32,000 nucleotides of DNA from Nonlabens ponticola (lineage in GTDB: Bacteria; Bacteroidota; Bacteroidia; Flavobacteriales; Flavobacteriaceae), in NCBI RefSeq assembly GCF_003966335.1, contig NZ_CP034549.1:2040001-2072000 (forward strand), in the 5' to 3' direction. The notes below the pieces were generated by a model. That model had not been told where the DNA came from and did no database searches. It worked only from the letters and a program-made list of their open reading frames with translations. The translations under genes were made by a program, and so were the position numbers. Positions 24,366 through 32,000 of the stretch are shown piece after piece (position 1 is the stretch's first letter; each line of letters opens with the position of its first letter).

Positions 24366-26276
24366 ATGAGTAATTATCATATCAAGGGTCTAGAGGAATA
24401 TTTTCAAGTGTACCGTAAATCCGTACATCAACCAGAAGAATTCTGGGCAGAAATTGCCCAAGAGAATTTCTTATGGAGAAAAAAATGGGATCGTGTCCTA
24501 GAGTGGGATTTTGAAAAGCCTTCAATTAAATGGTTTCAAGGAGCCCAGCTTAATATCACTGAGAACTGTCTGGACAGGCATCTCTATTCTCACGGCGATA
24601 AGACTGCTATCATTTTTGAGCCCAACAATCCAGATGAAGATGCAAAGCATATAACGTATAAGGAGCTACACCAGCGAGTTTGTAAAATGGCTCTTGTTCT
24701 CAAGTCTCAAGGAATAGAAAAAGGTGATCGCGTTTGTATTTATCTACCCATGATTCCAGAATTGGCGATTTCTTTGTTAGCCTGCGCGAGAATTGGTGCT
24801 GTTCATTCAGTAGTATTTGCTGGTTTTTCTAGTCAGGCGTTACAATCCAGAATCAATGATGCAACTTGTAAAATGGTGATCACCAGCGATGGTTCCTATC
24901 GCGGTGCAAAGACGATTGACTTAAAAGGAATCGTAGATAGATCACTAGAAAACACTCCAAGTGTTGAATCAGTCATTGTTGTCAAAAGAATAGCAAGCGA
25001 GACTGCAATGCAATCCGGTCGTGATTACTGGTTGCACGATTTATTAGAAAAGGAAACTCAAGATGATTGTCCTATAGAAATCATGGATGCAGAAGATCCA
25101 CTCTTTATTCTTTATACGTCTGGATCTACTGGCAAACCTAAAGGCATGCTACATACCACGGCTGGCTATATGGTTTATAGCGCCTATACATTTAAGAATG
25201 TCTTTCAATATGAAGAAGGTGATGTCTATTGGTGCAGTGCAGATATAGGTTGGATCACCGGTCACAGTTACATTGTTTATGGGCCGTTGGCTAACGGCGC
25301 GACGACCGTTATGTATGAAGGCGTGCCCAACCATCCTGATTGGGGTAGATTCTGGAAAATAATTGATAAGCATCACGTTAATCAATTTTATACAGCGCCG
25401 ACTGCTATTAGAGCATTGGCAAAAGAAAGTTTGTCACACGTCGAGTCGCATGATTTGAGCTCGCTCAAGGTTCTGGCCACCGTTGGTGAACCAATCAATG
25501 AAGAAGCCTGGCATTGGTATAACGAGAACATAGGCAAGAAAAACAGCCCAATAGCTGATACCTGGTTTCAAACAGAAACCGGTGGCATCATGATAAGCCC
25601 TATTCCTTATGCGACGCCCACAATTCCAACTTTTGCGACCTTGCCGCTGCCAGGTATACAACCTGCGTTGATGGATGAAAACGGTCAGGAAATTAAAGGA
25701 AATCAAGTGAGCGGTAGGATGACCATTAAATTTCCATGGCCTGGAATGGCTAGAACTATTTACGGTGATCATGAGCGGTTTAAAGACACTTATTTCTCTG
25801 CTTACAACAATTATTACTTCACGGGTGATGGCGCTAACCGTGATAGCACTGGTTACTATCGTATCACGGGTCGTGTGGATGATGTGATTATTGTTTCAGG
25901 GCATAATCTAGGAACCGCGCCTATTGAAGATGCCATCAATGAGCATCCAGCTGTTGCAGAGAGTGCGATCGTTGGTTTCCCGCACGACATCAAGGGGAAT
26001 TCCCTTTATGGATTTATTATACTCAAAGAAACAGGTAGTGATCGCAATCAAGAAAACCTCAAAAAAGAAATCAATCAAGTTATTACTGAACGTATAGGTC
26101 CTATCGCCAAGATGGAAAAAATACAGTTCGTTCCTGGTCTCCCTAAAACTAGATCAGGCAAAATCATGAGACGCATTTTACGCAAGATTGCAGCGAATGA
26201 GCTAGATCAATTAGGCGATATATCAACGTTGCTCAATCCAGAGGTTGTGGATGATGTTATTAAAAATAGATTGTAG
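24366..26276 (+). CDS. acs: Acetyl-CoA synthetase (AMP-forming)
   Basis: 636 aa. YTSGSTGKPKG, WCSADIGWITGHSY, YFTGDGA.RD and PKTRSGKIMRR are canonical Acs motifs. Confidence 0.95.
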   Translation: MSNYHIKGLEEYFQVYRKSVHQPEEFWAEIAQENFLWRKKWDRVLEWDFEKPSIKWFQGAQLNITENCLDRHLYSHGDKTAIIFEPNNPDEDAKHITYKELHQRVCKMALVLKSQGIEKGDRVCIYLPMIPELAISLLACARIGAVHSVVFAGFSSQALQSRINDATCKMVITSDGSYRGAKTIDLKGIVDRSLENTPSVESVIVVKRIASETAMQSGRDYWLHDLLEKETQDDCPIEIMDAEDPLFILYTSGSTGKPKGMLHTTAGYMVYSAYTFKNVFQYEEGDVYWCSADIGWITGHSYIVYGPLANGATTVMYEGVPNHPDWGRFWKIIDKHHVNQFYTAPTAIRALAKESLSHVESHDLSSLKVLATVGEPINEEAWHWYNENIGKKNSPIADTWFQTETGGIMISPIPYATPTIPTFATLPLPGIQPALMDENGQEIKGNQVSGRMTIKFPWPGMARTIYGDHERFKDTYFSAYNNYYFTGDGANRDSTGYYRITGRVDDVIIVSGHNLGTAPIEDAINEHPAVAESAIVGFPHDIKGNSLYGFIILKETGSDRNQENLKKEINQVITERIGPIAKMEKIQFVPGLPKTRSGKIMRRILRKIAANELDQLGDISTLLNPEVVDDVIKNRL

Positions 26277-26287
26277 TTGGTTGGTAG

Positions 26288-26309
26288 TTACGCTTTCGCG
26301 AAAGCGTAA
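26288..26309. repeat. Full 22-nt perfect palindrome copy, 12 nt after the acs stop (possible terminator hairpin)
   Basis: ttacgctttcgcgaaagcgtaa is identical to 30030-30051. Confidence 0.9.
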
Positions 26310-26405
26310 TAAATAAAATATCATGACATATTTTAAACGTGAATATCTGCGACTTTCACACTAACAATATTTGAGTAATCTTTGTGGGATTCACTTTCAA
26401 TCCAC

Positions 26406-27056
26406 ATGGAATACAAAACGAAGTCTCACAAATACTACAGCAACTTAAGACCAGAAATGCAAGCCTTATTGCCAAAAACCGCACGTCGTGTATTGGATGT
26501 AGGTTGCGGTGCTGGCGCCATGGCATACCAACTTAAGGAAAGATATAAGCTGGAAGTTTGGGGAATTGAGTTTTATGAGGCAGAGGCTCTAGAAGCTCAA
26601 AAAGTACTGGACAAAGCTTATATCGGCGGTATTGAAGAGAACCTCGAGTATTTACCTGATGATTATTTTGATGCGATATACTTGAACGATGTACTTGAAC
26701 ATCTCGCTAATCCCAATCAGGTGTTGGATGGATTGAAGTCAAAGTTGAACGTGGAAGGAGTTATCATCAGCTCTATTCCTAATGCGCGATACCATAAAGT
26801 GATGAGACAGTACATTTTTGGAAAAGATTGGAAATATACCAAAGCTGGCATCATGGATTTTACGCACCTGCGTTTCTTCACATCGCTTAGTATAAAACGT
26901 ATGTACAAAGAGTTGGGATATGAGATACAGCTGCATAAAGGCATTAACAAGACTAGTTCACTAATGCCATACCTTCTCAACATACCTTTATTGGGTACTG
27001 GTGGCGATCTATTTTATACGCAGTTTGCAACAGTAGCCAGTAAGGCTAAATCTTAA
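26406..27056 (+). CDS. Class I SAM-dependent methyltransferase
   Basis: VLDVGCGAGA (motif I) and D.IYLNDVLEHL (Methyltransf_11/23-like). I prefer the ATG at 26406 to the GTG at 26382. Confidence 0.72.
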   Translation: MEYKTKSHKYYSNLRPEMQALLPKTARRVLDVGCGAGAMAYQLKERYKLEVWGIEFYEAEALEAQKVLDKAYIGGIEENLEYLPDDYFDAIYLNDVLEHLANPNQVLDGLKSKLNVEGVIISSIPNARYHKVMRQYIFGKDWKYTKAGIMDFTHLRFFTSLSIKRMYKELGYEIQLHKGINKTSSLMPYLLNIPLLGTGGDLFYTQFATVASKAKS

Positions 27057-27076
27057 GCATATCTTTTATAGCAAAC

Positions 27077-27107
27077 AAAAAAGCAGCTCAAGGAGCTGCT
27101 TTTTTTG
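27077..27107. terminator. Bidirectional intrinsic terminator
   Basis: aaaaaagcagctc-aa-ggagctgcttttttt. A GC-rich stem is flanked by an A-run and a T-run, between convergent genes. Confidence 0.75.
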
Positions 27108-27124
27108 TCAATACACGTCGCTAG

Positions 27125-27799
27125 TTAATTACGTCTGCGGCGATTGTTGTTGTTGCGGTTACTGCCTTTTTTTGACCTGCCGCGGTTGTTATTATTATTG
27201 TTATTACGACTGCGGTGCGTGTTGGTATTACGATAAATCAAGGATTTTGATTCTAGTAAATCCTCGTCTTTGGCAGCGAGATTAATCTCACCATTACTTA
27301 GTTCAAAAAGATGCTTAAAGATTACTGCATCATCCACGCTGTCCTTATTCCAATTAAGGAAGGACTTTTTCATGTGGTTGGCGATGATAAAGGTAAGTGC
27401 CTCGCGCTTCTCACCTTTTTCCCATGACAAGGCCACATTAATCATGCTCTGGATATTGTTACCATAAAAACGGTAACGTGGTTTCTTTTGTGGATAAGGC
27501 ATTCTAGGCGGTTGTGCCTGCAATTCTTCTCTAGTAGGTTTAGGAAACGGTGAATCAACATCAAGGTCAAAATCTGCGATGATGAATAATTGATCCCAAA
27601 GCTTGTGTTGAAAATCTGCTACATCTCTCAAATGCGGATTTAAATTTCCCATCACGCCGACGATGGCATTAGCCATGCGGTTACGCTCTGCTGGGTCCTC
27701 TAGAGACTTGCAGTGCTCAACTAATTTCTGGATGTGACGACCATATTCAGGTATATTGAGCTGATTGCGCTCAGTATTATATTCTAGGGATGATATCAA
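27125..27799 (-). CDS. DUF4290 family protein with an Asn/Arg-rich low-complexity C-terminal tail
   Basis: LEYNTERNQLNIPEYGRHIQKLVEHC matches the DUF4290 N-terminus common in Bacteroidota. The tail reads NNNNNNNRGRSKKGSNRNNNNRRRRN. Confidence 0.72.
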   Translation of the reverse strand: MISSLEYNTERNQLNIPEYGRHIQKLVEHCKSLEDPAERNRMANAIVGVMGNLNPHLRDVADFQHKLWDQLFIIADFDLDVDSPFPKPTREELQAQPPRMPYPQKKPRYRFYGNNIQSMINVALSWEKGEKREALTFIIANHMKKSFLNWNKDSVDDAVIFKHLFELSNGEINLAAKDEDLLESKSLIYRNTNTHRSRNNNNNNNRGRSKKGSNRNNNNRRRRN

Positions 27800-27885
27800 A
27801 ATGTATTGGTATTCTTAATTGTGAAGTGCTGCAAAATACTCAAAAAGCAAATAATAAAGCCAAAATTATATCTAAATAGCTACTG

Positions 27886-28173
27886 TTACAGTGAAATAAC
27901 GCCTTTTACAACACTTACTTCCTTATACTTAGCAATAACGGCGTCAGGATTTTTCATCTGCACGACGATGGAAACACTGGTGTATTTTCCTTTACTCGAC
28001 TGTTTTGTGGTAATGACAGCTCCCATGTTATCAAATATATCCTCAATCTGTTGGATCTTGTTATCGTCAGATGGTACGATAAACTTGTACAGGTATTTAT
28101 TGGGCCACAAACTAGTATCGGCTAGTTGTGCTTTAAGCTTGATGTAAAACTCGTCTGATGATGGATCGTTCAT
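27886..28173 (-). CDS. DUF493 (YbeD-like) family protein
   Basis: 95 aa. P.KYLYKFIVP and SSKGKYTSVSI parallel YbeD. The + strand ORF at 27806-28147 is its antisense shadow. Confidence 0.7.
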   Translation of the reverse strand: MNDPSSDEFYIKLKAQLADTSLWPNKYLYKFIVPSDDNKIQQIEDIFDNMGAVITTKQSSKGKYTSVSIVVQMKNPDAVIAKYKEVSVVKGVISL

Positions 28174-28189
28174 AAATAATAAAGATGTG

Positions 28190-28197
28190 CAAATATA
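28190..28197 (-). promoter_or_regulatory. Bacteroidota -7 box (TAnnTTTG) for the DUF493/DUF4290 operon
   Basis: The minus strand reads TATATTTG, 16 nt upstream of the start codon at 28173. Confidence 0.4.
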
Positions 28198-28246
28198 ATC
28201 ATGGCTAGATCGGGTTGCATCACTCCTATTTAGTTAATTTGTAATT

Positions 28247-28775
28247 GTGAAAAAAATGCAACGCATACTTCTTATAGGTGGCCCAGGAACTGGTAAATCC
28301 ACCTTGATCAATGATTTAGAAAATCGAGGCTTCAAAGTGCATCATGAGATTTCTCGTGAAGTTACCGCGCGAGCACAGCAACAAGGAATAGAGCAACTGT
28401 TCTTGACAGACCCGATGGCTTTTAGCAATCAATTGCTCGCTGGTAGGATCCAACAATTTGTGGATGCTGTGCCTGGAATTAATTTCTATGATCGTGGAAT
28501 TCCCGATGTACCTGCCTATCATAAATTTACCGGCGATCACATTCCCGAGAATTATCTTGAAGCATCCAAAAATTATAAATACGACCAGGTATTTCACCTA
28601 GCACCATGGGAAGAAATCTATGCTCAGGATAGCGAGCGCTATGAGAGTTTTAGCCAGGCCAGTGCGATTGATAAGGCGCTTAAAAACTTTTACCGTGGAT
28701 TGGGTTATGATTTAATCACCATACCTCAAACCACAGTAGAAAATCGAATTAACTTCATACTAGACCATGTAAATC

Positions 28776-28786
<11 letters not shown>
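28247..28786 (+). CDS. Small AAA/P-loop ATPase (NadR C-terminal / kinase-like)
   Basis: 179 aa with Walker A LLIGGPGTGKST. GTG start (alternative ATG at 28256). Overlaps recQ by 11 nt. Confidence 0.6.
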
Positions 28787-30663
<1,877 letters not shown>

Positions 30664-30671
<8 letters not shown>

Positions 30672-31620
30672 GAAATTGAAAATTGTCTTCTACGGTACGC
30701 CAGAGTTTGCCACTGGTGTTCTAGAAACGCTACATAAGTCACCGCATGAGATAGTAGGTGTAGTTACCGCACCAGATAAGCCTGCTGGACGTGGTCGCAA
30801 GATTCAGGAAAGTCATGTAAAACAGTATGCCGTGCAAAATAATTTGAACGTGCTGCAGCCTACTAATCTTAAAGCTCAAGAATTTCTGGACGACTTACAA
30901 AGCCTTGAGGCAGATTTGCAAGTTGTCGTTGCCTTTAGAATGTTGCCTAAAGCTGTGTGGAGTATGCCGTCACGAGGAACTTTTAATTTGCACGCCAGCC
31001 TATTGCCTCAATATCGTGGAGCAGCACCTATTAACTGGGCAATCATCAATCAAGAGAAGGTTACTGGTGTTACAACCTTTTTTATTGATGAAAAAATAGA
31101 TACTGGAGCCATTATAGATCAAGAGAGCATTTCTATAGAGAAAGACGAGAATGTTGGTTCTTTATATAGTACGCTAATGCAATTGGGAGCTCAACTCACT
31201 CTCAAAACGGTAAATGCCATTGCCAAAGGCGATGTAAGCACTACCATTCAAAAGAATGCACAAGATCTTAAGGAAGCACCCAAACTAAATGCCAAAAACA
31301 CAACCATAGATTTTGAAAAATCAGCTAGAGAGGTTGATGCCTTGGTACGTGGCTTGAATCCCTATCCTGTCGCAAAGGCTAGTTTAATACAAGATGGAGA
31401 GCAGATGACAGTGAAAATTTTTGAAACGAGGATTATTGAAAAAGATCACCACATGACGGCTGGCAGCATCGTCATTGACGATAAGAGGATGATAGTTGCT
31501 TGTGAAGATAATTGGGTCGAGATCATCGAGATACAATTGCCCAATAAGAAACGAATGAAGATCGCTGATCTTCTTAACGGCTATTCATTCGCGCCGGATG
31601 CTAGATTTGGCAAGGCATAG
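30664..31620 (+). CDS. fmt: Methionyl-tRNA formyltransferase
   Basis: 318 aa. IVFYGTPEFA, PDKPAGRG, NLHASLLPQYRGAAPI and TG.T.F..DE..DTG are canonical Fmt motifs. There is an 8-nt overlap with recQ. Confidence 0.92.
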
Positions 31621-31684
31621 CGATAAAATGATACGAACGCCAATGAGTTATTAACAATTGTTCGTGTTTATGAACATTTTATCG
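31621..31684 (+). terminator. Long imperfect hairpin after fmt (possible terminator)
   Basis: cgataaaatg (31621-31630) pairs with cattttatcg (31675-31684). An inner pair is acgaac (31633-31638) with gttcgt (31660-31665). Confidence 0.35.
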
Positions 31685-31724
31685 GTTTTATTGCTGTAAT
31701 CCTTGTGTGGTAGCATAATTCGGA

Positions 31725-31732
31725 TAAATTTG
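31725..31732 (+). promoter_or_regulatory. Bacteroidota -7 box (TAnnTTTG) for the HU gene
   Basis: TAAATTTG, 41 nt upstream of the ATG at 31774. Confidence 0.35.
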
Positions 31733-31773
31733 TTTCACATTTTAGTTTAACCAACATTAATTTAAACTCCGTT

Positions 31774-32000
31774 ATGAACAAAACAGATTTAATTGAAGCA
31801 ATGGCAGAAGATGCTGGCGTTTCAAAAGCAGCAGCAAAAAAAGCACTAGAGTCATTTCTAGGAAACGTTGAAAAGAGCCTTAAAAAAGGTGACCGTGTAT
31901 CTCTAGTAGGATTTGGTTCTTTTTCAGTTTCTAAAAGAGCAGCTCGTGAAGGTAGAAACCCACAAACTGGTAAGACGATCAAGATCGCTGCTAAGAAAGT
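31774..32000 (+). CDS. hup: HU family DNA-binding protein (3' partial, runs off the window)
   Basis: Not in the ORF track because it is truncated. My own translation is [75 protein letters not shown], the canonical HU/IHF signature. The minus-strand ORF at 31668-31982 is its antisense shadow. Confidence 0.9.
   Translation, partial: MNKTDLIEAMAEDAGVSKAAAKKALESFLGNVEKSLKKGDRVSLVGFGSFSVSKRAAREGRNPQTGKTIKIAAKK

Noticed and set aside
27806-28147. Plus-strand 113-aa ORF
   Set aside because: - It is antisense to the DUF493/YbeD-like gene, which has recognisable family motifs.
- The + ORF itself has no recognisable features.
31668-31982. Minus-strand 104-aa ORF at the right edge
   Set aside because: - The + strand from 31774 encodes a textbook HU protein.
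- The minus ORF is its antisense shadow.

Overview
The window looks like a chromosomal segment from a Flavobacteriia-type (Bacteroidota) genome. This is inferred from the gene content (PorX-like PglZ response regulator, DUF4290, DUF493, CotH, S1/P1 nuclease) and from TAnnTTTG-type -7 promoter boxes 20-40 nt upstream of several start codons. Most of it is housekeeping: tsaE, proline dehydrogenase, aroB, sucC, lysA, ald, acs, recQ, fmt and an HU gene.

Three things stand out.

1. An AT-rich stretch of + strand genes sits between lysA and ald (about 10.65-15.7 kb). It opens with a translationally coupled pair: a pol-beta-type nucleotidyltransferase-like ORF and a stand-alone DUF262 (DGQQR, ParB/GmrSD-N-like) ORF. 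I rate this pair the best candidate for an undescribed defence-type module. The stretch is bracketed by a perfect 20-bp inverted repeat and has a degraded DsbA/FrnE remnant at its right edge. It also carries a secreted M23 metallopeptidase followed by a Cys-x-Cys protein that resembles a TIMP/NTR-like inhibitor.

2. A short perfect palindrome family (consensus TTACGCTTTCGCGAAAGCGTAA) occurs at least 8 times. Three copies lie in frame inside CDSs, one in each of the three reading frames. One further copy is interrupted by a second palindrome.

3. A dense array of unrelated stem-loops fills the sucC-lysA divergent intergenic region.

I recognised no tRNA, rRNA, CRISPR array, transposase or integrase. 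All homology calls come from motif recognition by eye, not from searches.
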